Shown in pieces: positions 35,080 through 46,406 of a DNA stretch of 64,000 bases; the first letter of the stretch is position 1; each line of letters starts with the position of its first letter. A program made the position numbers and the translations under genes. This DNA comes from Hyphomonadaceae bacterium UBA5336 (GTDB lineage Bacteria; Pseudomonadota; Alphaproteobacteria; Caulobacterales; Hyphomonadaceae). The stretch lies in contig DHQO01000022.1 of NCBI GenBank assembly GCA_002408125.1, positions 25,582 through 89,581 on the forward strand, written 5' to 3'. The notes below the pieces were generated by a model, which searched no databases, was not told the origin of the DNA, and saw only the letters and a list, made by a program, of their open reading frames with translations.

Positions 35080-36081
35080 GTGAAGACTTTCCTGAAATCC
35101 TGCCTTATCGCTGCATCTGTTGCAGCGCTCGCCCCCATGGCCATCGCCCAGGAGGACGCCGAAGGTGTTATCGAACACCCGATGATCGAGCGTTATCCGG
35201 GCCAGTATATTGCCTGGCAGAACATCCAGAACTGGATGCCCTACAAGGTCGCGGCCGGGCCGGTGACGGGCTATCGCCATATCGATGAGTGGATCGAGAC
35301 CGAAGGCCGCGTGACGCGCACCTTCTACGCCCTGGAAGGCGAGGACCGGGAGGTTTCCGAGGTTTATCTCAACTATGTCGAGGCGCTGGAGGCCCAGGAT
35401 TTCGAAATCCTCGGCAAGGGTTATTCTGCCGACCGGCGCGGGGCCGATTTCGGCTCCACCAACTGGATCACGGTCGCCTATGCGGCCAACCCGATCACCG
35501 AACAGGGGCCGCAAAACTCCCTGTTTGCCGGCACGTCCTCATCCGGCGGGGCCGGCTCCATTGTCGCACGCAAGGAGCGCGCGGCGGGCATGGCCTATGT
35601 TGTCATTTCGCTGGAACAGCATTCGGCAAACTATATGGGCGCGCTGATCGATATCGTGGAAGTCGAGGCGCCCGAGACCGGGCTTGTGGTCGTGGACGCC
35701 GAAGCCATCGGGTCCGATATCGCCGAATATGGCCGCGTCGTGCTCGACGGCATCGTCTTTGAATTCAACAGCGCCGAGCTGGCAGACGAGAGCGCCGAGG
35801 CGCTTCAGGCCATGGCAGACTTCCTCACCGCCAATCCCGACAAGCTCTTCTATGTGGTCGGCCACACCGATTCCATTGGCACCTTCGATTATAACAACAA
35901 TCTCTCGCGCGCCCGGGCCGAATCCGTGGTCGAGGCGCTGGTGGAGGATTACGACATCGCGTCGGGCCGCCTGGAGCCCCATGGCGTCGGCCCGCTGGTG
36001 CCGGTCTTCTCCAATGGGTCGGAAGAAGGCCGCGATGCCAATCGCCGCGTGGAACTGGTCGAGCGCCCGCCGGCGGAATAG
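35080..36081 (+). CDS. OmpA-family protein (N-terminal DUF4892-like domain + C-terminal OmpA peptidoglycan-binding domain)
   Basis: GTG start after an AAAAGGGA RBS. Signal peptide KTFLKSCLIAASVAALAPMAIAQ. OmpA_C motifs (FEFNSAEL.., VVGHTDSIGTFDYNNNLSRARAESV.., NRRVELV). The long ORF start at 34960 would include the terminator hairpin. Confidence 0.8.
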   Translation: MKTFLKSCLIAASVAALAPMAIAQEDAEGVIEHPMIERYPGQYIAWQNIQNWMPYKVAAGPVTGYRHIDEWIETEGRVTRTFYALEGEDREVSEVYLNYVEALEAQDFEILGKGYSADRRGADFGSTNWITVAYAANPITEQGPQNSLFAGTSSSGGAGSIVARKERAAGMAYVVISLEQHSANYMGALIDIVEVEAPETGLVVVDAEAIGSDIAEYGRVVLDGIVFEFNSAELADESAEALQAMADFLTANPDKLFYVVGHTDSIGTFDYNNNLSRARAESVVEALVEDYDIASGRLEPHGVGPLVPVFSNGSEEGRDANRRVELVERPPAE

Positions 36082-36110
36082 GCAGGGGCGGCTCCACGGC
36101 ACAACGAGCA

Positions 36111-36162
36111 GCCTTGAGCGTGATCCATGTGAGGCGCGCAGCGCCAATACGGGATCAAACAA
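36111..36162 (+). repeat. R1 two-stem hairpin repeat (GATCC/GGATC subtype)
   Basis: GCCTTGAGCGT|GATCC|ATGTGA|GGCGC-GCA-GCGCC|AATACG|GGATC|AAACAA, between the convergent OmpA-family and prs stops. Confidence 0.8.
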
Positions 36163-36169
36163 GGAAAGC

Positions 36170-37102
36170 CTAATCGAACAGCTTCGACACGCTTTCCTTG
36201 TTGGCGATGCGCCGGATGGCTTCGCCGAGCAGGGGGGCGACGGTGAGGATGCGCAGCTTTTCCGACTTCAGGTCCTCATCGCGCGGCTTGATCGTGTCGC
36301 AGGCGACGATCTCGTCGAGCGCGGAGGTCTCGAAATTCTGCACGGCATTCTTCGAGAACACGCCATGGGTGACATAGGCCGCCACGCCCGTGGCGCCTTC
36401 ATCCTTGAGCGCCTGGGCGGCGCCGCGCAGCGTGCCGCCGCTATCGCAGATATCGTCGACGAGGATGCAGTTGCGCCCCTTCACGTCGCCGATGATGTTC
36501 ATCACTTCGCTGACGCCCGCCTTGGGCCGGCGCTTGTCGACAATGGCGAGATCGACGCCGAGCCGGTTGGCGAGCGCGCGGGCGCGCACCACGCCGCCGA
36601 CATCGGGCGAGACGATCATGAGCTGTTTCAGCTTGTAGCGCCGCCGGATATCTTCCTCGATCACCGGGGCGGCGATGAGATTGTCGGTCGGCACATCGAA
36701 GAAGCCCTGGATCTGGCCGGCATGCAGATCCATGGTCAGTACCCGGTCAGCGCCGGCGGCAACGATGAGATTTGCCACGAGCTTGGCCGAGATCGGCGTG
36801 CGGCCATCGGTTTTCCGGTCCTGGCGGGCATAGCCATAATAGGGGATCACGGCGGTGATACGCTGGGCCGAAGCGCGCTTGAGCGCATCAAGGCAGATCA
36901 GCAGCTCCATAAGCGTGTCATTGGCCGGATAGCTGGTCGACTGGATGACATAGACATCCTCGCCACGGACATTCTCATTGATCCGGATGAAGACCTCATT
37001 GTCGGAGAAACGTTCGATCCGTCGTTCGGTGAGCGGCAGGTCAAGATAATCCGCAATCGACTCAGCCAGAGGCGTGTTCGCGGTGCAGGAGAGAAGTTTC
37101 AT
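36170..37102 (-). CDS. prs: ribose-phosphate pyrophosphokinase
   Basis: 310 aa from [17 protein letters not shown]. Motifs [10 protein letters not shown] and [11 protein letters not shown]. Confidence 0.95.
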   Translation of the reverse strand: MKLLSCTANTPLAESIADYLDLPLTERRIERFSDNEVFIRINENVRGEDVYVIQSTSYPANDTLMELLICLDALKRASAQRITAVIPYYGYARQDRKTDGRTPISAKLVANLIVAAGADRVLTMDLHAGQIQGFFDVPTDNLIAAPVIEEDIRRRYKLKQLMIVSPDVGGVVRARALANRLGVDLAIVDKRRPKAGVSEVMNIIGDVKGRNCILVDDICDSGGTLRGAAQALKDEGATGVAAYVTHGVFSKNAVQNFETSALDEIVACDTIKPRDEDLKSEKLRILTVAPLLGEAIRRIANKESVSKLFD

Positions 37103-37203
37103 CACGGTGCGCACACTCCGATGAGGCGAGGGACGGGCAAGCGGCTGAACTGTCACGTCTGTGTCGCAAACATGGACGCGGCGCAATGTGGCAGACGCGG
37201 TTT

Positions 37204-37977
37204 TTAATGTTCCTGTGACAAAAGTCCGATGACTGAGGCATTCCGGCCATAGTCGGGCTCGCCGGCATGGGTGCGCCGGCGATTGGAGAAAAAGCCTCTG
37301 TCGGCGCAGGTATCAGCGGCCAGCCGGTCAACTCGCGCGAGGCCGAGGCGCACCAGCCGGTCCTCGACATGGCCGGTGAGGTCGAACAGCAGCCGGTCGC
37401 CTGCGCCAGGTTTGAAATAGGCGGCGTTTTGCGGGGCATAGGCGACGAACCGGTCGCGGAATTCAGGGCCGACTTCATAGCTTGCCTGCTGGATCGCCGG
37501 GCCGATGGCCGCGACGATCCTGGTGGCGGACGCGCCGATCTGCTCCATCGCCTCCACCACTGCTTCACCGACGCCGGCCAATGCGCCCTTCCAGCCGGCA
37601 TGAGCCGCGCCGACAATGCCGGCCTCGCGGTCGGCCAGCAGGATGGGTACGCAATCGGCGGTGAGAATGCAGAGGGCCATGCCCGGCACGCGTGTCACCA
37701 TGGCGTCGGCCTCGGGGCGGGCCTCCCAGGCCTCGGTCACCTCGACCACACGCGCGCCATGCACCTGGTAGCTCGACACCATCTCCGTCAGGCCGAGCGC
37801 GCCGCGCACGCGGGTGCGGTTCTCTGCAATCGCGCCGGCCTCGTCGCCGGAGCCGATCCCCACATTCAGGCTGGCATAGATGCCTTCCGAGACCCCGCCC
37901 TCCCGGCCGAAAAAGCCATGCGCGATGCCGGGCAGGCGCTGCAGGCCGGGAGCGGACTGGAAGGGCGGGTTCGTCAT
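37204..37977 (-). CDS. pgeF: polyphenol oxidase/laccase-domain protein (YfiH/PgeF family)
   Basis: About 257 aa from MTNPPFQS. Motifs HGFFGREGG.., SYQVHG.., TADCVPILL.., AHAGWKG. The longer ORF start at 38067 would overlap dut. Confidence 0.8.
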   Translation of the reverse strand: MTNPPFQSAPGLQRLPGIAHGFFGREGGVSEGIYASLNVGIGSGDEAGAIAENRTRVRGALGLTEMVSSYQVHGARVVEVTEAWEARPEADAMVTRVPGMALCILTADCVPILLADREAGIVGAAHAGWKGALAGVGEAVVEAMEQIGASATRIVAAIGPAIQQASYEVGPEFRDRFVAYAPQNAAYFKPGAGDRLLFDLTGHVEDRLVRLGLARVDRLAADTCADRGFFSNRRRTHAGEPDYGRNASVIGLLSQEH

Positions 37978-38050
37978 CCCTCCCGCATAGACCAGCCCTG
38001 CCGCGCAATGAAGCCTTGACCGAATCTCCGTCGCCCGCCATGCCGCGAGC

Positions 38051-38509
38051 ATGAGCATACCTGTCACCGTTTCCGTCCGCCCGCTGCCCCATTTCGAGGG
38101 CCTCGCCCTGCCCGCATACGAGACCGAAGGCTCAGCGGGCCTCGATGTCCGCGCCGCCGTGCCGGAGGATGCACCGCTCGTGCTTCAGCCGGGCAAGCGC
38201 GCCATGGTCGAGACCGGGCTCTCGGTGGCGATCCCGGAGGGCTATGAGATCCAGATGCGCCCGCGCTCGGGCCTTGCCGCCAGGCATGGCATTACCTGCC
38301 TCAATTCGCCTGGCACGATCGACAGCGATTATCGCGGCGAACTGAAAGTGATCCTGATCAATCATGGCGATGAGCCTTTCACCATCGCGCGCGGGGAGCG
38401 CATCGGGCAGATGGTGCTCGCCCCGGTGACGCGCCTTGAATGGGCCGAGGTGGAGACCCTGCCGGAGACCTCGCGCGGGGAAGGCGGCTTCGGCTCGACC
38501 GGGCGATAG
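38051..38509 (+). CDS. dut: dUTP diphosphatase
   Basis: 152 aa. dUTPase motifs [28 protein letters not shown] and the C-terminal GGFGSTG. Confidence 0.95.
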   Translation: MSIPVTVSVRPLPHFEGLALPAYETEGSAGLDVRAAVPEDAPLVLQPGKRAMVETGLSVAIPEGYEIQMRPRSGLAARHGITCLNSPGTIDSDYRGELKVILINHGDEPFTIARGERIGQMVLAPVTRLEWAEVETLPETSRGEGGFGSTGR

Positions 38510-38560
38510 GGCGCGGGGCGCTTTCCTCAGCGGCAAAATGGCTTTAAGTCACCCTCGCAA

Positions 38561-38637
38561 GGCCCCGTAGCTCAGCAGGATAGAGCAACAGATTCCTAAT
38601 CTGTAGGTCACAGGTTCGAATCCTGTCGGGGTCGCCA
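38561..38637 (+). tRNA. tRNA-Arg (anticodon CCT)
   Basis: Manually folded cloverleaf: acceptor GGCCCCG/CGGGGTC (one G-U), D arm GCTC/GAGC, anticodon stem ACAGA/TCTGT with loop TTCCTAA, T arm ACAGG-TTCGAAT-CCTGT, encoded CCA. Confidence 0.9.
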
Positions 38638-38664
38638 TTCGCAGCTGGTCTGCGGCGTGCCGCA

Positions 38665-38714
38665 GGAAAATCGATCCGGGGGATCGATTTTAGGCGAAGA
38701 ATGGGGTGGCAGCC
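38665..38714 (+). repeat. R3 repeat (tail diverged)
   Basis: AAAATCGATCC-GGG-GGATCGATTTT (38667-38691), then AGGCGAAGAATGGGGTGGCAGCC. Confidence 0.7.
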
Positions 38715-38757
38715 TCAAGGATGAACTCACTGCCCGACATGGCTGCGAATGAGTCCT

Positions 38758-38803
38758 TTGTTTGTCTCCGTATCGCTGCGCTCACATGAGACGGACTCAG
38801 GGC
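38758..38803 (-). repeat. R1 repeat (GTCTC/GAGAC subtype, truncated inner hairpin)
   Basis: Minus strand reads GCCCTGAGTCC|GTCTC|ATGTGA|GC-GCA-GC|GATACG|GAGAC|AAACAA. Confidence 0.8.
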
Positions 38804-38810
38804 TGGGTTT

Positions 38811-38862
38811 TTGTTTGATCCCGTATCGGCGCAGCGCGCCTCACATGGATCGCGCTCAGGGC
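38811..38862 (-). repeat. R1 repeat (GATCC/GGATC subtype)
   Basis: Minus strand reads GCCCTGAGCGC|GATCC|ATGTGA|GGCGC-GCT-GCGCC|GATACG|GGATC|AAACAA. Lies 7 nt from the previous copy. Confidence 0.8.
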
Positions 38863-38866
38863 TGTT

Positions 38867-38900
38867 TTGGCCAAGATTGGCCGCGCTGGCCGATTTGGCT
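38867..38900 (+). repeat. four phased TTGGCC-like hexamers upstream of obg
   Basis: TTGGCC (38867), TTGGCC (38877), CTGGCC (38886) and TTGGCT (38895), spaced 10, 9 and 9 nt. Confidence 0.5.
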
Positions 38901-38924
38901 GACAGTTCCGGCCGAACCCGCTAA

Positions 38925-41133
<2,209 letters not shown>

Positions 41134-41137
<4 letters not shown>

Positions 41138-41589
41138 GCGCGCCGCTCTCCCTCTCCAGCCTGGAAGACACCGCGCATCTCGCCGCCCGGCTCGCGCCTC
41201 TACTGAAGGCTGGCGATGTGATCGCGCTGGAAGGCGATCTCGGCGCCGGGAAGACCACCTTCTGCCGTGCACTGATTTCCGCCCTGCTGGGTGAAGAGGC
41301 CGAAGTGCCGAGCCCGACCTACACACTGGTCCAGACCTATGAGGGCCCAAATTTCCCGATCTATCATTTCGATCTCTATCGCCTCGAAGCCCCGGCCGAG
41401 CTGGATGAGCTTGGCTGGGAGGAAACCGTGGACGGGCTCGCCCTGATCGAGTGGCCGAACAAGGCCAGGCGCCGTCTGCCGGCCTGGCGGCTGGAGATTT
41501 CCCTGAAAATCTCAGGCACCGACCGCATTGCCCATCTGGTGCCCCACGGCGAAGACTGGCAGACTCGCATGGATGAGTTTCGATCCTGA
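41134..41589 (+). CDS. tsaE: tRNA t6A37 biosynthesis ATPase TsaE
   Basis: 151 aa. Walker A GDLGAGKTTF, SPTYTLV and HFDLYRL motifs. Confidence 0.9.
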
Positions 41590-42673
41590 CGCCCGGACTG
41601 CCGAGATCGACGCCTTTCTGGCCGCTGCCGGCTGGGGAGACGCTGCTATCCGCCCGCTGGGCCAGGATGCTTCCACACGCCGTTATTTCCGCCTGAAGCG
41701 CCCCGACGGGATGAGCGCGATCCTGATGGATGCGCCGGGCGTGGAAGACCCGCCCTGTCCGCCCGAGGCCGATGAGGCCACGCGCCTCACCATGGGCTGG
41801 AACGCCAGGACCCGGCTTGCTGCCTCGCGCGTGGACGCTTTCGTGGCACTGGCCGGGGAGCTGAACCGGCGCGGCCTCTCGGCGCCGCAGATCCTTGCGG
41901 CCGATCCCGGGGCCGGTTTTGCGATCATCGAGGATTTCGGCGAGGGCCGGGAATTCGCCCGCCTGATCGAGCGCGGCGCGGCTGATGAGATCGAGCTCTA
42001 TACCAGCGCGGCGGAGCTGCTCGCGGACCTGCATTCCACCCCGCCACCGGATGCGGCACGCGGCCATGGCCAGGTCTGGCCGATCCTCGATTTCGATGCG
42101 CTGGCCCTCCGGTCCAATGCCGACCAGTTCGCCGACTGGATGCCGAAACACGACCCGCAGATGCGCTGGGGCGATGCGGCGGCAGAACGCTGGGCGGAGG
42201 AGCGCGACGCCCTGATCAACCAGGCGCTTGCCCGCCCCCGCGTCTTCACCCTGCGCGACTATCATGCGGAAAACCTGATCTGGCTGCCCGAACGGGCCGG
42301 CAAGGCGCGGATCGGCCTGCTCGACTTCCAGGACGCGGTGCGCGGCTGGGCGGCCTGGGACATGTCCATGCTCATCCAGGATGCCCGCCGGGAGGTTTCG
42401 CCCGACGCGCGCGAGGCGGCCATGGCGGCCTATTGCGCCGCCAGCGGCAAGGACCGTGAGGACCTTGAAGCCGAGCTTGCCATTGTCGGCACACTCAATG
42501 CCCTGCGTATCGCCGGGGTGTTCGCCCGCCTGATCGAAAATGGCAGGCCGCGCTATGGCGATTTCCTGCCGCGCCAGCTCACCATCCTTGCCCGTAATCT
42601 CTCCCATCCGGCGGTCGCCGGCATGGCGGGCCTCGTGCGCGAGACCGCCCCGCACCTGATGGAGGCTGCATGA
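41573..42673 (+). CDS. amgK: aminoglycoside phosphotransferase-fold kinase (AmgK-like N-acetylmuramate/GlcNAc kinase)
   Basis: APH fold (STRRYFRL.., RDYHAENLIWL, LLDFQDA). Sits next to murU and downstream of tsaE, as in other alphaproteobacteria. Confidence 0.7.
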   Translation: MSFDPDARTAEIDAFLAAAGWGDAAIRPLGQDASTRRYFRLKRPDGMSAILMDAPGVEDPPCPPEADEATRLTMGWNARTRLAASRVDAFVALAGELNRRGLSAPQILAADPGAGFAIIEDFGEGREFARLIERGAADEIELYTSAAELLADLHSTPPPDAARGHGQVWPILDFDALALRSNADQFADWMPKHDPQMRWGDAAAERWAEERDALINQALARPRVFTLRDYHAENLIWLPERAGKARIGLLDFQDAVRGWAAWDMSMLIQDARREVSPDAREAAMAAYCAASGKDREDLEAELAIVGTLNALRIAGVFARLIENGRPRYGDFLPRQLTILARNLSHPAVAGMAGLVRETAPHLMEAA

Positions 42674-43392
42674 GCGCCACGCCCCATACTGCCTTCCTGC
42701 TGGCTGCCGGGCTCGGCACGCGCATGCGCTCCCTGACGGACAAGACGCCCAAGCCCCTGCTTGAAGTCGCCGGGCGCAGCATGCTCGACCGCCTGCTCGA
42801 CGCGCTGGTGGCCGCCGGGGTGAAACGCGCGGTGGTGAATGTGCACTGGCTGCCCGAACAGGTCGAAGCTGCTGTGGCTGCGCGCAAGGATATTGAGACG
42901 GTGATCTCCGACGAGCGCGAGGAGCTTCTGGAAACCGGCGGTGCACTCGCCAAGGCATATGGCCTGCTGGGCAAGGAGCCTGTCTATATCCTCAACACCG
43001 ACGCGCTCTGGGGCCCCCTGACGCCAAAGCCCCTGAATGATCTGGCCGCGGCCTATGATCCGGCGCGGATGGACGAGATGCTGCTGCTCGCCAATCGCCG
43101 CCGTTGTCTCGGTTTCGGCGGCGCGGGCGATTTTTTCCTCGGCGAGACCGGCGCATTGACCCGGCGCGGCGCGGCCCCGCATACGCCGTGGGCCTATGCC
43201 GGGGTGCGGATTGCCAATCCGAAAATGTTCGAAGGTCTGCCGGTGGAGAAATTCTCCGCCAACCGGATATGGGATCCGATGCTTGCCGAAGGCCGCCTGC
43301 ACGGCCTGCCGCTTGACGCCTTCTGGCTGCATGTCGGTGATCCCAGGGCACTGGACGACGCGAATATGTGGATGCGGTGTCACGGGTATTGA
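42670..43392 (+). CDS. murU: nucleotidyltransferase (MurU-like MurNAc-1-P uridylyltransferase)
   Basis: N-terminal LLAAGLGTRMRSLTDKTPKPLL sugar-nucleotidyltransferase motif, 240 aa. Confidence 0.75.
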   Translation: MSATPHTAFLLAAGLGTRMRSLTDKTPKPLLEVAGRSMLDRLLDALVAAGVKRAVVNVHWLPEQVEAAVAARKDIETVISDEREELLETGGALAKAYGLLGKEPVYILNTDALWGPLTPKPLNDLAAAYDPARMDEMLLLANRRRCLGFGGAGDFFLGETGALTRRGAAPHTPWAYAGVRIANPKMFEGLPVEKFSANRIWDPMLAEGRLHGLPLDAFWLHVGDPRALDDANMWMRCHGY

Positions 43393-46300
43393 GCACGGGC
43401 TTCCTCTCCGAAGGCGCCGCGCGCGTCTGGTGCCTGCCGGCCGGGGCGCCGTTTCTCAGCGCGCTGGCCTGGGCGCTGGCGAATGCTGTGAGACTGATGG
43501 ACTCGCCCGAGGCCCTTGCCGATGGTGTGGTTTACCTGCCCAACCGGCGCTCGGCCCGCGCCTTTGCCGAAGAGCTGCATGCTGCAGCCGGGGCGCGTCG
43601 GACTGTGCTCATGCCCGAAATTCGGGCCCTGGGCGATCTGGAAACAGACGATGCCCCGCCGGGCCTCGATGCGGCCTTTACCGATCTCGGCCCGGCGCTC
43701 AGCGATGCCAAGCGCCTCGGCACGCTGATGTCGCTGGTGAAAGCGTGGTTTGACAAAAGGGAGCGCACCCTGCCGGCCGCCTCGGCCCTTGCCGCCGCGC
43801 AGAACCTCGCTGCGCTGCTGGACGAAGCAGCCGTCGCCGGCAAGACGGACTGGAGCGATCTCGGCGCACTGGTGGAGAGGGCAGATCTTGCCGCCCACTG
43901 GCAGGAATCGATCCGGTTCCTGGAGATCATCACCGAGCAATACCCCGTCTGGCTCGCCGAGAAGGGTGTGGAGGACAAGCTCGCCCGGCGCCTGGCCGCC
44001 GCGCGGGCCATCGCCGCGCACTGGGACGCTGTGCCGCCGAAAGGCCCTGTGATCATTGCCGGTTCGACCGGCGCGACGCCCGCGAGCCGCATCCTCATGG
44101 CCGCTGCCAGCCGTGCGCCGCAGGGCGCCGTCGTGCTGCCCGGCCTCGACCGGAGCCTGACGCGTGCGGCCATCGAAGAGATCGCAGGGACGCCGAGCCA
44201 TCCGCAATTTGCCCTGCTGGAAACCCTGGCCGAGTTCAGCCTTTCCCCGAGCCAGGTGCATGTCCTCCTGGACCTCGATCAGGACGGATTTGCGGCGCGC
44301 CGCGCCCTGGTCCATGAGTCCCTGTCGCCGGCACAGTTGACCGGGGACTGGCGCAAGCGACTGGAAGATATTTCCGCCCCCCTCGCGCCGGATGCGTTCA
44401 CGCGCGCCGGCCTTGAGGGGCTTGATCTCATTGCGGCGCATGACGAGACAGAGGAGGCCCTGCTGGCCGCCTGCCTCCTGCGTGAGACGCTGGAGACCCC
44501 GGGACGCACCGCGGCTCTGGTCTGTCCGGATGCGGGGTTGGCGCGCCGTGTCAGCGCCCATCTGAAGCGCTGGGACCTGGAGGTCACGCCATCAGAGGGC
44601 ACGCCGCTGGCGCACCTGCCGGCGGGCATCTGGTTCGACGCGCTGCTCGACTGGTGGATCGCGCCGGCCGATCCGGTCCGCATCGCCGCGCTTCTCCATG
44701 CGCCGGGTACCACGGCACCGGAAGGCGCAGCCCTGTTCGAACGCTGGGTGCTGCGCGGTGTGCGCTGGTGGGAAAGCCTTGAGGATATGCAGGCGCGTCT
44801 CACCGAGCGGCTGACAGTGGGCGTTTATCGCAAACCCAAAGACGAAGAGCTGGCGCAGATCGAAGCTGTTGCCGCCTGGCTGGTCGAGGCTGCCGCGGCG
44901 CTGGAGGAGGATGAGGTCCTCTCTGCGGAGGGCTTCCGCGATGTGGTCCGTGCCGTCCTGCCCCGGCTTTGCGATCCGCAGGAGCTCTGGCGCGGCGGGG
45001 ATGGCGCAGCACTCGCCGGGCAGGTCGAGAACCTTCTGCAGATGGCCGAGGCCTATGGCCCCTTGCCGCTGGAAGACTGGCTCGGCCTCTGGCGCCAGAT
45101 GGCGGCGGACGCGAATGTCCCGCCCTCGACGCCCGGCCATCCGCGCCTGCAGATCCACGGCCAGCTCGAAGGCCGCCTGCAGACCGCCGACCATGTCATC
45201 CTGGCCGGGCTGAATGAGGGTGTCTGGCCGAAGCCGCCCGGGGCCGATGCCTTCCTGCCGCGCCATTTCAAGACGGCTCTGGGGCTCGAAGATCCCGAAG
45301 CGCGTATGGGCCTTGCCGCGCATGACTTTGCGAGCCTTGCCTGCGCGCCGCGTGTGACGCTGCTCTGCTCGAAACGGCGCGAAGATGCCCCGGCGGTGGC
45401 CTCGCGCTGGATCTGGCGGCTGCAGACCCTGGCGCGCGGTGCGCTTGGCGGCGCTGTCGACGATGTGCTCGGGCCGGCGCCGGAGCGCGATCCGCGCCTC
45501 TGGGCCGCCGCGCTGAAGCGCCCGCGCGATAGTGAGCCTCTGATTGGCGTGGAGCCACGCCCCAAACCGCCGGTAAAACACCGCCCGCCCCAGCTTTCGG
45601 TCTCGCGCATCGATGCGCTGCAGCGCGACCCTTATGCGGTCTATGCCGAATATGTACTGAAGCTGCCGAAACTCGACGAGCTTGATCAGGAGATGGATGC
45701 CCGCCATCGCGGCACGGCGATTCACAAGGCGCTGGAGCTGTTTGAGAAAAGCCCCGCGATCGGTGCTGAAGGCCTCGCCGCAAGCCTGGAAGCGGAACTG
45801 CGCAAGGCGGGTGCGAAGCCGGAAGTGCTGCTGGGTGAGCGCGTGGCGCTGGCGGAGACAGCGCGCCAATATGTCGACTGGCATGCCGGGCGCGCGGTGG
45901 CCCGGGACAATGTGAAAACTGAAATCAAGGGCAGTTTTGAAATCGCGCGCGCAGGCGATCTGGGTAACTTCAAGCTCACGGCCACAGCCGACCGGGTGGA
46001 GATCCGCGAGGGCGGGGCCATCGCCATTCTCGATTTCAAGACCGGCAATCCGCCCTCTGACAAGGAAATCGGCGTGGGTCTCGCCCAGCAGATGCCTTTG
46101 CAGGCCCTGATCGCGCGCGAAGGCGGTTTTCCCGGTGTGCCCGCCGCCGAGGTCACCGAACTGACCTATGTCACGGTGAAGGCCGACTTCAAAACCCATG
46201 TCATCGGCCTGAAAAAGCCGCTTGAGAAAAGCGCCATGGAGCTGGCCGACGATGCGCTGGCGGGCCTGACACGCCTCATCGGCGGCTATGACAATCCCGA

Positions 46301-46406
46301 GCAGGCCTATCTCTCGGCCCCGCGTGCGCAGTTCGTGAAATATGAGGGCGATTATGGCCGGCTTGCCCGGCGCGCGGAATGGACCAGCGAGATCAGCGAT
46401 GGCTGA
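43368..46406 (+). CDS. addB: double-strand break repair protein AddB (alphaproteobacterial type)
   Basis: About 1010 aa with a C-terminal PD-(D/E)xK nuclease region (..DRVEIREGGAIAILDFKTG..). Immediately precedes addA. The exact start is uncertain (an alternative TTG at 43389 overlaps the murU stop). Confidence 0.85.
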   Translation: MDAVSRVLSTGFLSEGAARVWCLPAGAPFLSALAWALANAVRLMDSPEALADGVVYLPNRRSARAFAEELHAAAGARRTVLMPEIRALGDLETDDAPPGLDAAFTDLGPALSDAKRLGTLMSLVKAWFDKRERTLPAASALAAAQNLAALLDEAAVAGKTDWSDLGALVERADLAAHWQESIRFLEIITEQYPVWLAEKGVEDKLARRLAAARAIAAHWDAVPPKGPVIIAGSTGATPASRILMAAASRAPQGAVVLPGLDRSLTRAAIEEIAGTPSHPQFALLETLAEFSLSPSQVHVLLDLDQDGFAARRALVHESLSPAQLTGDWRKRLEDISAPLAPDAFTRAGLEGLDLIAAHDETEEALLAACLLRETLETPGRTAALVCPDAGLARRVSAHLKRWDLEVTPSEGTPLAHLPAGIWFDALLDWWIAPADPVRIAALLHAPGTTAPEGAALFERWVLRGVRWWESLEDMQARLTERLTVGVYRKPKDEELAQIEAVAAWLVEAAAALEEDEVLSAEGFRDVVRAVLPRLCDPQELWRGGDGAALAGQVENLLQMAEAYGPLPLEDWLGLWRQMAADANVPPSTPGHPRLQIHGQLEGRLQTADHVILAGLNEGVWPKPPGADAFLPRHFKTALGLEDPEARMGLAAHDFASLACAPRVTLLCSKRREDAPAVASRWIWRLQTLARGALGGAVDDVLGPAPERDPRLWAAALKRPRDSEPLIGVEPRPKPPVKHRPPQLSVSRIDALQRDPYAVYAEYVLKLPKLDELDQEMDARHRGTAIHKALELFEKSPAIGAEGLAASLEAELRKAGAKPEVLLGERVALAETARQYVDWHAGRAVARDNVKTEIKGSFEIARAGDLGNFKLTATADRVEIREGGAIAILDFKTGNPPSDKEIGVGLAQQMPLQALIAREGGFPGVPAAEVTELTYVTVKADFKTHVIGLKKPLEKSAMELADDALAGLTRLIGGYDNPEQAYLSAPRAQFVKYEGDYGRLARRAEWTSEISDG

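Noticed and set aside
38758-38862. A CRISPR-like array, suggested by adjacent similar repeats.
   Set aside because: There are only two units, separated by 7 nt with no spacers. The units are internally palindromic and dispersed elsewhere in the window, and there are no cas genes.
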